Shown here: positions 14,563 to 23,534 of the stretch, piece after piece
Numbering within the stretch: position 1 is the stretch's first letter
How the letters are laid out: each line of letters starts with the position of its first letter
NCBI GenBank assembly: GCA_964536865.1
Contig: CAZHYN010000007.1
Location: 1 to 32,000 of the forward strand
Length of the DNA stretch: 32,000 nucleotides
Reading direction: 5' to 3'
DNA from: an uncultured Planctomycetia bacterium
GTDB taxonomy: Bacteria > Omnitrophota > Gorgyraeia > Duberdicusellales > 4484-171
The notes under the pieces: generated by a model
The model's input: only the letters and a program-made list of their open reading frames with translations
Databases searched by the model: none
What the model was told of the DNA's origin: nothing
Program-made: the position numbers and the translations under genes

Positions 14563-15852
14563 TTAGAAGGTAATCTTCATTTTTCCAATGACCTGGGAAG
14601 CACTATCGTCGTTGGAGCTGTTAAAAGCATCGCCAGGATTAAAATAGCCATACATTAGGCTGAATTGAACATCTTCAGTGTAGTTGTAAGTAAGATGTAA
14701 ATCTATTTCGTTACCTAAATCTTTCTCAGAATCCATAGTGTAACCATCCCAGGAATCAGTGACAGAATCAGTATCATTAGAGAGAGTGCTTACCTTACCT
14801 ACCAACCTTAAGTTAGCATAGCGTAAGCTTAAAGAGATATCATCGGTAAGGTCAGCACCTAAATTTACGCATATTGCTTGATAGTTAGAATTCTTAAATA
14901 GAGCATTGGCAATATCGGCAGGAGTAATTTCCTCATACATCGGGTCCCACTTATCACTTATTCTGATGTAGTCTAAACCTATGCTCATAGGAACCCAGGT
15001 ATCAGTAAGTTTGTAAGTTGCGCCAGCTAAAATTGCTAAATCACTGCTATGTTTATCGGTTCGGGGAGCAGAAGAAAATCCAACATTAGCGTATCTCTGA
15101 TACTGATAAGCTATCTCTCCGGTTAAGGTTAAATTCTCAACAGGAGAAGAAACTACTCTTACACCTATGTTACCAATATCTGCCTTTTTCCTGTCGTCGA
15201 GGATGTAGTAAAGCTCAGCGCTGGTAGTTTCGTCAACTTCATAGTTGGCATCTAAAATGTAAATATCTCTATCATCATTTTTGTACTCATCACCTTCTGA
15301 CTTCTTAATTAATCCTAAATTAACCACTAAAGGAGAATAATCTAAAGTTGCCATTATCCCTTCAAATGTCTTTGCTCCACAGAGATCAGAAAAAGCAGTT
15401 CCTGCAAAATTAGAAGCTCCTTTATAGTTGGTGTTAGGGTCAGCAATAATTAGACCACTTCCTATCTTTACTCCCTGCTTACCAATCTTTAAGGTAAGAG
15501 GATAGTCAAGGAAGTTTTTCAAGGTAATCCATAACCCTCCTAAGAGTATATTACCACTTCCGGTAGAGGTTCCTGAGGCACTAGTTCCTCCACTCCATAT
15601 TCTCTCATGGAAAAGCACAGTATTTGCTGATACATCTTCAGTTAAATCAGCACTGATAGAGAGTTTAAGGATAGATGCCAGGGCACTGGCATCGTAATCA
15701 GTTGCTCCTCCAGCGCCTAGATCAAAATCACTGCGGGAAAGGGCATACATATCAATCTTCCCGCCCACTTTAACATTCTCTACAGCAGCAAAAGCAGTAC
15801 CGAGAAAAGATACTGCTAAGATTGCTGCTAAAACAGTCAATTTCTTACTCAT
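14563..15852 (-). CDS. Outer-membrane beta-barrel protein (porin-like), family not recognised
   Basis: 429 aa. Sec signal MSKKLTVLAAILAVSFLGTAFA/AV. Composition rich in G/S/T/D/N/Y with alternating hydrophobic patterns and a C-terminal ...GKMKITF (terminal Phe). AAGGAGG SD, its own promoter region and its own terminator. Confidence 0.75.
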   Translation of the reverse strand: MSKKLTVLAAILAVSFLGTAFAAVENVKVGGKIDMYALSRSDFDLGAGGATDYDASALASILKLSISADLTEDVSANTVLFHERIWSGGTSASGTSTGSGNILLGGLWITLKNFLDYPLTLKIGKQGVKIGSGLIIADPNTNYKGASNFAGTAFSDLCGAKTFEGIMATLDYSPLVVNLGLIKKSEGDEYKNDDRDIYILDANYEVDETTSAELYYILDDRKKADIGNIGVRVVSSPVENLTLTGEIAYQYQRYANVGFSSAPRTDKHSSDLAILAGATYKLTDTWVPMSIGLDYIRISDKWDPMYEEITPADIANALFKNSNYQAICVNLGADLTDDISLSLRYANLRLVGKVSTLSNDTDSVTDSWDGYTMDSEKDLGNEIDLHLTYNYTEDVQFSLMYGYFNPGDAFNSSNDDSASQVIGKMKITF

Positions 15853-16067
15853 TCTCAGCCTCCTTTCTCAAAGTTTTTATTTATCTCTAACAAGGGTTAA
15901 ATCCTTGCTAATATCTTGCCTCATCTATGTTATATCATCCACTTCTTCAACAATCTCTTAGGAATTTTTTGAATTATTTTATAGACTCACCTCCTTTCCT
16001 CCTGGATTGAGATTGTTTGTGGATGGTATAACCTTTCTGTAAACGTTTTCAAAGAACTCACTATTCT

Positions 16068-16096
16068 TTTTTAGCAAATAATTATTTAGTTGTCAA
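16068..16096 (-). promoter_or_regulatory. Candidate distal promoter of the OMP gene
   Basis: Minus strand reads TTGACA (16096-16091), a 17-nt spacer, then TAAAAA (16073-16068). The -10 lacks the final T. An alternative extended -10, TGaTATAAC, lies at 15937-15929. Confidence 0.3.
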
Positions 16097-16235
16097 GATT
16101 TTTTTACCTTTTTCTTCCCATAAATTGTTATCATTATTTTTAAAAACCCTATATATTGTGTCCAAATTTAACAACTAAGTTTTTATCCTAATTTTTACTA
16201 TTTTTCTTATCCTTTTTGTGATATTTTTACTTCTC

Positions 16236-16308
16236 TGCCCCCAGCCCGATTCGAACGGGCCCACCAGGCTTAGGAGGCCTGTGCTCTATCCTCTTAAGCT
16301 ATGGGGGC
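16236..16308 (-). tRNA. tRNA-Arg (anticodon CCU)
   Basis: The reverse complement folds as GCCCCCA/TA/GCTT-AAGAGGATA-GAGC/A/CAGGC-CTCCTAA-GCCTG/GTGG/GCCCG-TTCGAAT-CGGGC/TGGGGGC/A. CCA is not encoded. It starts 9 nt after the apt stop. Confidence 0.92.
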
Positions 16309-16317
16309 AAAGATAAT

Positions 16318-16830
16318 TCAGAACTTTATTAATGAGTAAACAGGATAAGGTTTAAGTTTTCTTCTTCCTCTTAGAGAAAGGAGCTCAATGAGAAAAACTA
16401 TACCTGCTATTTTACCTCTCAATTTCCTTACTAACTTTACAATAGCATGAGCTGTACCACCGGTAGCTAGAAGGTCATCCACTATTAAAATTTTCGCTCC
16501 TTTAGGAAAAGCATCACGATGAATACAAAAACTATCTTTTCCATACTCCAGCCCGTAACTCACCTTATAACTCTTATAGGGGAGTTTACCTGGCTTTCTT
16601 ACAGGAACAAACCCACACCCCAATTTATAAGCTAGAGCTCCTCCTAAGATGAATCCTCTAGCTTCAGCACAGACGATATAGTCTATCTTCTTATCTTTAA
16701 ATAGGTTAGCCAGACGATCGATAGTTATTTTAAATGCTTTCCTGTTATTAAGAAGGGTGGTTATATCTCTAAAGAGAATACCTTTTTTAGGAAAATCAGG
16801 AATAGTCCTTATAAGATTTTTCAGGTCCAA
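16318..16830 (-). CDS. apt: Adenine phosphoribosyltransferase
   Basis: 170 aa. IPDFPKKGILFRDIT N-terminus and PRPP-binding motif ILIVDDLLATGGTA. Confidence 0.95.
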   Translation of the reverse strand: MDLKNLIRTIPDFPKKGILFRDITTLLNNRKAFKITIDRLANLFKDKKIDYIVCAEARGFILGGALAYKLGCGFVPVRKPGKLPYKSYKVSYGLEYGKDSFCIHRDAFPKGAKILIVDDLLATGGTAHAIVKLVRKLRGKIAGIVFLIELLSLRGRRKLKPYPVYSLIKF

Positions 16831-16847
16831 CTTTACCTCCTTAAAAC

Positions 16848-17669
16848 TTAAAATACTATCTCTTTCTTCTGTTCCTGAGAGACATACTTCCTTAACTTCT
16901 TTATCGCTACCTCTTCAATCTGCCTCACTCTCTCTCGAGAGACTCCAAGTTCCTTAGCTACCTCAGCTAAGGTATGTGATTTTCCATCAGTTATCCCAAA
17001 CCTTAAGTCTAAAACTCTCTTCTCTCTATCGCTGATAACATCTAAAAGATGAGCAACTTCTTCACGTAAGAAAAAACTTTCTATTTCTTTCTCTGTATCA
17101 GCATATCCTGTAGCCTTAATGAAATCTCCTAACTGAGAATCTCCTTCTTCCCCCACAGGAGCTTCCAGAGAAGTCTTCTTCGTCATCCATCTCTCTAATT
17201 GTGCAATTTTCTCTATAGAAAGCTTCATCTTTTTAGCTAACTCTGAAGGAGCAGGTTCTCTCTTCATTTTTTGACGCAATTGCTCCTTTTTTTTCTTATA
17301 CTTAGAAATTAACTCACTCATATATACGGGTATCCTTATAGTTTTACCCTGATCAATTAAAGCACGAGTTATTGCCTGCCTTATCCACCAAGCAGCGTAA
17401 GTAGAAAACCTGTAACCTTTTTTTAAACTAAACTTATCGATGGCTTTCATTAACCCAATATTTCCTTCAGCAATCAAATCCATAAGAGGTAAACCTAGAT
17501 GGATATAATGTTTGGCAATATTTACTACCAATTTTAAGTTAGAGTTTATTAATTTCCTTCGTGCATGTTTATTCCCCTTTTTAGCTTTCCTTATCAACTC
17601 CTCTTCTTCCTTTTTAGAAAGTAAAGGAATATCTTTTATCCTCTCTAAGTAAGCCTTAATTGCATCCAT
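16848..17669 (-). CDS. RNA polymerase sigma-70 family factor, RpoD/RpoS-like (regions 1.2-4.2, no region 1.1 or NCR)
   Basis: 273 aa. Region 2, DLIAEGNIGLMKAIDKF...YRFSTYAAWWIRQAITRA...TIRIPVYM, is nearly identical in pattern to RpoD. Region 4.2 reads TLAEVAKELGVSRERVRQIE. Confidence 0.9.
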   Translation of the reverse strand: MDAIKAYLERIKDIPLLSKKEEEELIRKAKKGNKHARRKLINSNLKLVVNIAKHYIHLGLPLMDLIAEGNIGLMKAIDKFSLKKGYRFSTYAAWWIRQAITRALIDQGKTIRIPVYMSELISKYKKKKEQLRQKMKREPAPSELAKKMKLSIEKIAQLERWMTKKTSLEAPVGEEGDSQLGDFIKATGYADTEKEIESFFLREEVAHLLDVISDREKRVLDLRFGITDGKSHTLAEVAKELGVSRERVRQIEEVAIKKLRKYVSQEQKKEIVF

Positions 17670-17675
17670 AAATAA

Positions 17676-20333
17676 TCATTTTCTTTTTTTCCTTTTTCTT
17701 ATCTTTCTCTTCCCCAAAGCTGCCTGAGCAGCAGCTAACCTAGCTATAGGAACTCTAAATGGAGAACAACTCACATAGCTTAAGCCGATTCGATGACAAA
17801 ACCTTACTGACTGGGGATCGCCTCCTTGCTCACCGCATATCCCTACTTTTAAACCTTTTCTTGTCTTTCTTCCTAAGTTTACTGCCATCTCCATAAGCTT
17901 GCCTACCCCTGTCTCATCTACAGACACAAAAGGGTCGTAAGGTAAAAGTTTATTCTCTAAATAAATTTTTAAGAATCTCCCTGCATCGTCACGGGAAAAA
18001 CCAAATGTCATCTGAGTAAGATCATTGGTACCAAAAGAAAAGAACTCCGCATAGGAAGCAATCTCATCAGCAGTTAGAGCAGCACGAGGAACTTCTACCA
18101 TTGTACCTACAGTGTAGTTTAATTTTACCTTGTAGTTCCTACTTACTTCCTTAGCTACCTCATCAATATAATTTTTAGTAATTATAATCTCGTTAACATG
18201 ACCTACTAAGGGAACCATGACTTCTGGTTTTACTTTAATCCTCTCCTCCTTTATAAGGTAAGCTGCTGCTTCAAATATTGATTGAGCCTGCATCTTTACA
18301 ATCTCAGGATAAACCACTCCTAACCTACAACCTCTAAATCCTAACATAGGATTAAATTCGTGTAGACTAGTTACTGTATCTTTTATCTTCTGAGGGGAAA
18401 TACCAATTTTCTCAGAAAGTTGTTCTATCTCTTCATCAGTTTTAGGAAGGAATTCATGAAGAGGAGGATCAAGTAGCCTTATAGTTACCGGATATCCTTT
18501 CATTACCTTAAATATCTCCTTAAAATCTTCTCTTTGAAGAGGAAGGAGTTCTTTTAAAGCTTTTTCTCTCTCCTCTTTGTTTTCAGAAAGAATCATCTTC
18601 TGCATTTTAGGAAGTCTATCCTTACCAAAGAACATATGCTCTGTTCGACATAAACCTATACCTTCAGCACCAAAATCGCGAGCAATTTTAGCATCGTGAG
18701 GTGTATCAGCATTAGTCCTTACCCCCAACTTTCTTATTTGATCAGCCCATTTCATCAACTGAGCAAACTCTCCAGATAATTTAGGCTCAACTAACTTTAC
18801 CTTTTCTAAAAATACTTCTCCTGTAGAACCATCAATACTTATAACTTGACCTTTCTTTATCAGATTATTTTTTACCTTAAAATATCCCTCTCCTTCATTA
18901 ACGATAACTTCAGAACATCCTACTACACAAGGCTTCCCCATTCCTCTTCCCACTACCGCAGCATGGCTAGTCAATCCTCCTGTAGAAGTAAGGATACCGC
19001 AAGAAGCTGCCATCCCTCCTACATCTTCAGGGGAAGTCTCTTTTCTTACCAAGATCACCTTTTTTCCTTTTTCTGCTTCTTTAACTGCTTCCTCAGCAGT
19101 AAAAACAACCTCTCCTACAGCTGCTCCAGGAGAAGCAGCTAACCCTTTAGCTACAGGCATAGGCTTAGAGGAAGGATCTATTGTAGGATGAAGAAGCTGA
19201 TCTAAAGAGTGAGGATCAACTCTTTTTACTGCCTCTTCTTTAGTGATTAAACCTTCTTTAACCATATCCACAGCAATTCTTACACTAGCTTGAGCAGTCC
19301 TTTTACCCGTTCTTGTCTGAAGAAGGTAAAGCGTGCCTTTCTCAATAGTAAATTCTAAATCTTGCATCTCCTTAAAGTGCTTCTCCAGCTTATTTTGAAT
19401 TTTATATAACTGATCATATATCTTAGGCATAGTATTTTTAAGCTCCTCTATACTTTGAGGGGTCCTAATTCCTGCTACCACGTCTTCACCTTGAGCATTC
19501 ATTAAAAATTCTCCGTAGAATCTCCTCTCTCCTGTAGAAGGATTTCTGGTAAATGCCACGCCTGTGCCAGAATCAGGGCCCATATTTCCAAATACCATAG
19601 CTTGTACATTTACCGCTGTTCCTAAGGTATGAGGGATTTTATTTAAATTCCGGTAAGTTATCGCTCGAGGATTATTCCAAGACTCGAAAACTGCCAGAAT
19701 AGCCATCTTAAGTTGTTTCCATACATCTTGAGGAAAATCATAACCCATTGTTTTTTTAAAGAGTTGTTTAAACTCTTGTGCAATATCCTTCCAATCACTG
19801 GCATCTAACTCTATATCTAATCTTACATTTTTCTCTTCCTTCTTCTTCTCAATTATCTTCTCAAATTTATCCTTTTCTATCTTTAAAACTACATCTGAAA
19901 ACATCTGAATAAATCGGCGGTAAGCATCAAATACAAACCGTTCATCCTTAGTTTGAGTAATTAACCCTTTAATAGTAGTGTCATTTAAACCTAAATTAAG
20001 AATTGTATCCATCATTCCCGGCATAGAAATCGCTGCACCACTCCTTACAGAAACTAAAAGAGGATTATCTTTTGAACCAAATTTTTTACCCATTGCTTCT
20101 TCAATCTTTTTCATATACTTTTTAACTTCCTCAAAAAAACCTGAGGGGAACTTTTTGTTATTCTTATAGTAGTAAGTGCACATTTGGGTAGAAATCGTAA
20201 ATCCTGCAGGCACAGGGATACCTAAATTAGTCATCTCAGCAAGATTCGCTCCCTTACCTCCTAAGATATCCCTCATCCTGGCGTTCCCTTCTGCTTTCCC
20301 TTTACCGAAGAAGTAAATATATTTTTTTGCCAT
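17676..20333 (-). CDS. ppdK: Pyruvate, phosphate dikinase
   Basis: 885 aa. ATP-grasp N-terminus (GGKGANLAEM), phosphohistidine swivel GGLTSHAAVVGRGMGKPCV, and PEP/pyruvate TIM barrel (GLCRTEHMF, FSFGTNDLTQ, CGEQGGDP). Confidence 0.95.
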   Translation of the reverse strand: MAKKYIYFFGKGKAEGNARMRDILGGKGANLAEMTNLGIPVPAGFTISTQMCTYYYKNNKKFPSGFFEEVKKYMKKIEEAMGKKFGSKDNPLLVSVRSGAAISMPGMMDTILNLGLNDTTIKGLITQTKDERFVFDAYRRFIQMFSDVVLKIEKDKFEKIIEKKKEEKNVRLDIELDASDWKDIAQEFKQLFKKTMGYDFPQDVWKQLKMAILAVFESWNNPRAITYRNLNKIPHTLGTAVNVQAMVFGNMGPDSGTGVAFTRNPSTGERRFYGEFLMNAQGEDVVAGIRTPQSIEELKNTMPKIYDQLYKIQNKLEKHFKEMQDLEFTIEKGTLYLLQTRTGKRTAQASVRIAVDMVKEGLITKEEAVKRVDPHSLDQLLHPTIDPSSKPMPVAKGLAASPGAAVGEVVFTAEEAVKEAEKGKKVILVRKETSPEDVGGMAASCGILTSTGGLTSHAAVVGRGMGKPCVVGCSEVIVNEGEGYFKVKNNLIKKGQVISIDGSTGEVFLEKVKLVEPKLSGEFAQLMKWADQIRKLGVRTNADTPHDAKIARDFGAEGIGLCRTEHMFFGKDRLPKMQKMILSENKEEREKALKELLPLQREDFKEIFKVMKGYPVTIRLLDPPLHEFLPKTDEEIEQLSEKIGISPQKIKDTVTSLHEFNPMLGFRGCRLGVVYPEIVKMQAQSIFEAAAYLIKEERIKVKPEVMVPLVGHVNEIIITKNYIDEVAKEVSRNYKVKLNYTVGTMVEVPRAALTADEIASYAEFFSFGTNDLTQMTFGFSRDDAGRFLKIYLENKLLPYDPFVSVDETGVGKLMEMAVNLGRKTRKGLKVGICGEQGGDPQSVRFCHRIGLSYVSCSPFRVPIARLAAAQAALGKRKIRKRKKRK

Positions 20334-20351
20334 TGCCTATCCCTCCTCTCT

Positions 20352-21689
20352 TTAAGTTAATTCTAATTTATCCATCACGTACTCATAAGCTCTATCTATT
20401 TCTACTCTTTGCTGAATCATACTATCCCTATCTCTTACAGTAACTTTTTTATCATTTAAAGTCTCTACATCCACAGTAATACAAAAAGGAGTTCCTATCT
20501 CGTCTTGTCGGCGATATAGCTTACCGATAGCTGCTGTATCGTCATAGACAGCAGGCATCTTATCTTTTACACCATAAAAAATTTTCTTAGCAAGTTCTAC
20601 TAACTGAGATTTATTTTTAAGAAGAGGAAAAACTGCTACCTTATAAGGGGCTAAACGAGGATGAATTTTTAAAACCACTCGCACTTTCCCTTTTACTACT
20701 TCTTCAGTGTAAGCATCACAAATTACTGCAAAGAAAGTTCTGTCTACTCCTGCAGAAGGTTCAATTACATAAGGGATAAATCTTTTACTTCTCTGATCAT
20801 CAAAGTAGGAAAAATCTTTTTTACTTACTTGAGAATGTCGAGTTAAGTCATAATCTCCTCTATCAGCAATTCCTTCAAGCTCTGACCAACCAAAAGGGAA
20901 ATTATACTCTACATCAGTGCAGGCACGGGCATAATGAGCAAGTTCCTCTTTTGAATGTTCCCTTAACCGTAAATTTTCCTTTTTTATCCCTATCTTATCG
21001 ATATAGAAATTATATCTATCTTCTACCCACCAATGGTAAAATTTTCCTGCATCTTCAGGTTTAGTAAAATACTCAATCTCCATCTGGTCAAATTCTTTCA
21101 TCCGAAAAATAAAATTTCCTCCTGTAACTTCGTTTCGAAAGGCTTTTCCAATTTGAGCGATACCAAAAGGAAGTTTCTTATGAGTAGTATTTATAACATT
21201 TATAAAATTAGTAAAAATACCTTGGGCAGTCTCTGGACGAAGGTAAGCAATCTGGGGTTGGTCCTCAGTAGCGCTTATGTTTGTTTTTAGCATCAAATTA
21301 AATTTCCTAGGCTTGTATTTAGATGAATCGATATGGAAACCACAATTAGAACACCTGTAAGTAGTATCATCTACCTTCTCTAACTTATCTAAACGTTCTC
21401 TCTTTTTGCACTGAGGACAATCAATAAGAAAATCAACAAATCCCTCCAGATGCCCACTAGCTATGAATACATCCTGATGCATTATGATTGCACTATCCAA
21501 ACCTACGATATCATCTCTTTTCTCTACATACTCATTCCACCAGATGTCTTTTATCCTCTTTTTTACTATTGCTCCTAAGGGTCCGTAGTCCCAGACACTA
21601 GAAAGCCCTCCGTATACTTCTGAGCCTCCAAAGATAAATCCTCTACGTCGGCAGAGAGATATAATTTTAGATAATTTATCTTCAGGCAT
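20352..21689 (-). CDS. glyQS: Glycine--tRNA ligase, alpha2 (GlyQS) type
   Basis: 445 aa. Class II motifs (YLRPETAQG, FRNE, GxxDR), the CPQC...CSNCG insertion typical of this type, and a C-terminal anticodon-binding domain. Confidence 0.93.
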   Translation of the reverse strand: MPEDKLSKIISLCRRRGFIFGGSEVYGGLSSVWDYGPLGAIVKKRIKDIWWNEYVEKRDDIVGLDSAIIMHQDVFIASGHLEGFVDFLIDCPQCKKRERLDKLEKVDDTTYRCSNCGFHIDSSKYKPRKFNLMLKTNISATEDQPQIAYLRPETAQGIFTNFINVINTTHKKLPFGIAQIGKAFRNEVTGGNFIFRMKEFDQMEIEYFTKPEDAGKFYHWWVEDRYNFYIDKIGIKKENLRLREHSKEELAHYARACTDVEYNFPFGWSELEGIADRGDYDLTRHSQVSKKDFSYFDDQRSKRFIPYVIEPSAGVDRTFFAVICDAYTEEVVKGKVRVVLKIHPRLAPYKVAVFPLLKNKSQLVELAKKIFYGVKDKMPAVYDDTAAIGKLYRRQDEIGTPFCITVDVETLNDKKVTVRDRDSMIQQRVEIDRAYEYVMDKLELT

Positions 21690-21697
21690 AGATTTTT

Positions 21698-21725
21698 ATT
21701 ATATCTAAAAAAAAATAAATTGCAA
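21698..21725 (-). promoter_or_regulatory. Putative internal promoter giving a leaderless glyQS mRNA
   Basis: Minus strand reads TTGCAA (21725-21720), a 16-nt spacer, then TATAAT (21703-21698). 8 nt (aaaaatct) follow before the ATG at 21689. There is no SD. Confidence 0.5.
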
Positions 21726-21727
21726 TT

Positions 21728-22600
21728 TTATCTTTTTCTTAAGTAATCCTTCAACTTCTTAAACTCTTCTTCATTCATGAGAAAACTTTCTTCGGTGAGA
21801 GGAAAATGACTACCTTTAACATCGCAAATGAAATCTTTCAATGCTTTAACTATTAGGGGATATAAATCACAGTAAACCCTTACAAATTTTGCCTTCATCC
21901 TCTTATACAACCCTAACAAATCATAGAGAACGAGAACCTGACCATCACAGTGAGGACCCGCTCCTATACCAATGGTGGGAATCTTAAGGGACTGTGTAAT
22001 TAATCCTGCTAATTGCAGAGGCAGACACTCCAGGACTAAGCTAAATACCCCTATCCTTTGAAGCTCTTTTGCTTCTCTCAATAAACTTAAGGCCTGATGA
22101 ACCTTTTTCCCCTGAACTTTAAATCCCCCTAATTTCTGCACTGTTTGGGGGGTAAGACCAATATGCCCCATCACAGGAATTCGATTAGCTATAAGTTGGC
22201 TAGTTACCTGAAGGCAGTTAGAGAACCACTCTATCTTCACCGCTTCTGCTCCCGCTTCGTAAATAAACTTTTTAGCATAGTAAACTGCTTTCTTAGGAGC
22301 TTTCTGATAACATACATAAGGCATATCTGCTACTACCAAGCTATGTTGGGCAGCTTTCTTTACTGCTTTGGTGTGTTCAAACATTTCCCGAAAACCCACT
22401 TCTTTGGTAAGCTCTTTCCCCAAGACTACGTTGGCAAGAGAATCTCCTACTAAAATTATATCTAACCCTACTTGATCTAAAATAGAAGCAAAAGAGTAAT
22501 CGTAGCAAGTAACCATAACAACTTTTTCCTTACCTTTCTTTTTAAGTAGATTATCTATCTTTTCCGAATTAGAAAATGTAGAGATGTTCTCCTTCTTCAT
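21728..22600 (-). CDS. panB: 3-methyl-2-oxobutanoate hydroxymethyltransferase
   Basis: 290 aa. VMVTCYDY, LVGDSLANV and VKIE motifs. With this start it overlaps the apbE 3' end by 32 nt. Confidence 0.9.
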   Translation of the reverse strand: MKKENISTFSNSEKIDNLLKKKGKEKVVMVTCYDYSFASILDQVGLDIILVGDSLANVVLGKELTKEVGFREMFEHTKAVKKAAQHSLVVADMPYVCYQKAPKKAVYYAKKFIYEAGAEAVKIEWFSNCLQVTSQLIANRIPVMGHIGLTPQTVQKLGGFKVQGKKVHQALSLLREAKELQRIGVFSLVLECLPLQLAGLITQSLKIPTIGIGAGPHCDGQVLVLYDLLGLYKRMKAKFVRVYCDLYPLIVKALKDFICDVKGSHFPLTEESFLMNEEEFKKLKDYLRKR

Positions 22601-23525
22601 CTTTAGTAATCACAAAAATCTTTAATGTAGATAGGTTTTGAGAAAGAAACTCCTTTAGCTTATCTATCCCCATAATAAAAAATGCCGTGGCTAAACTATC
22701 AGCTGTAGTAGCATTCTTTGCTACTACACTCACACTTAAAACATCACCTCTTTGAGGAAAACCAGAAAAAGGGTTAATAAGATGAGAGTAGGTTTGTCCT
22801 TTATAAGTGAAGAACTGCTCATAGTTGCCTGAAGTAGCTATCGCTTGGTTATAAAGTTTAAGAGAGTAAATCCATTCACCTTTTCTTAGAGGATCGCCTA
22901 TCCCTACTTGCCAAAACTTTCCTTCCTTCTTGCCCAAACAATAAATATCTCCCCCTCCATTAATTAAGGCACTATCTATATTGGCTTCTTTTAATTTTTC
23001 CACTGCTTTATCTACCATGTACCCTTTGGCAATCCCTCCTAAATCAATAATTAATCCTTTCTTTTTGATAGTTATTGTACCTTTTTCTTTATCTAAAAGG
23101 ATATACTCCATGCCTCCTATTTTCTTTATCTCCTTTATCAGTTGAGGCGAAGGGAAAAAGTCCTTCTTCTTATTATTTATTAAGTCCTTCCAAAACTTAT
23201 AAAGGGCGCCTCTGCTCACATCAAAATATCCACCAGTTAATTGATAAACCTGTTTAGCCAAATTTATAACTTCTATAAGCTCTTTTGATACTCTAACAGG
23301 CTTATTATAACTTCTGTTTAAGGAATATAATTCAGAGTAAGGAGCGTAAAGATTAAAAATTTTATCTAATCTCTTAAACTCTCTATAAACTATCTTACCT
23401 GCATCAGGATATGGAGAGATTACCTCCAAAAATGTGGAACTAATAACAAACTTATCTCTATAAAGGCGGGGCTGAGCACAATTTACCAAAAGGGGTAGTA
23501 AAAGAATAAAAAGTATTTTCTTCAT
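22569..23525 (-). CDS. apbE: FAD:protein FMN transferase (ApbE family) lipoprotein
   Basis: 318 aa. Lipobox LLVNC, then GGIAKGY, ATSGNYE and TADSLATAF motifs. Confidence 0.9.
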   Translation of the reverse strand: MKKILFILLLPLLVNCAQPRLYRDKFVISSTFLEVISPYPDAGKIVYREFKRLDKIFNLYAPYSELYSLNRSYNKPVRVSKELIEVINLAKQVYQLTGGYFDVSRGALYKFWKDLINNKKKDFFPSPQLIKEIKKIGGMEYILLDKEKGTITIKKKGLIIDLGGIAKGYMVDKAVEKLKEANIDSALINGGGDIYCLGKKEGKFWQVGIGDPLRKGEWIYSLKLYNQAIATSGNYEQFFTYKGQTYSHLINPFSGFPQRGDVLSVSVVAKNATTADSLATAFFIMGIDKLKEFLSQNLSTLKIFVITKDEEGEHLYIF

Positions 23526-23534
23526 AGAGGTATC

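Noticed and set aside
15853-16235. Replication origin: AT-rich 383-bp gap with DnaA-box-like 9-mers (TCATCCACT at 15935, TGTGGATGG at 16018, TTATCCTAA, TTATCCTTT), with mnmG and a ParA-like gene nearby
   Set aside because: All the boxes are 6-7/9 matches, which is expected by chance in AT-rich DNA. No dnaA or dnaN is present. Gene orientation does not switch here; minus-strand genes continue on both sides.
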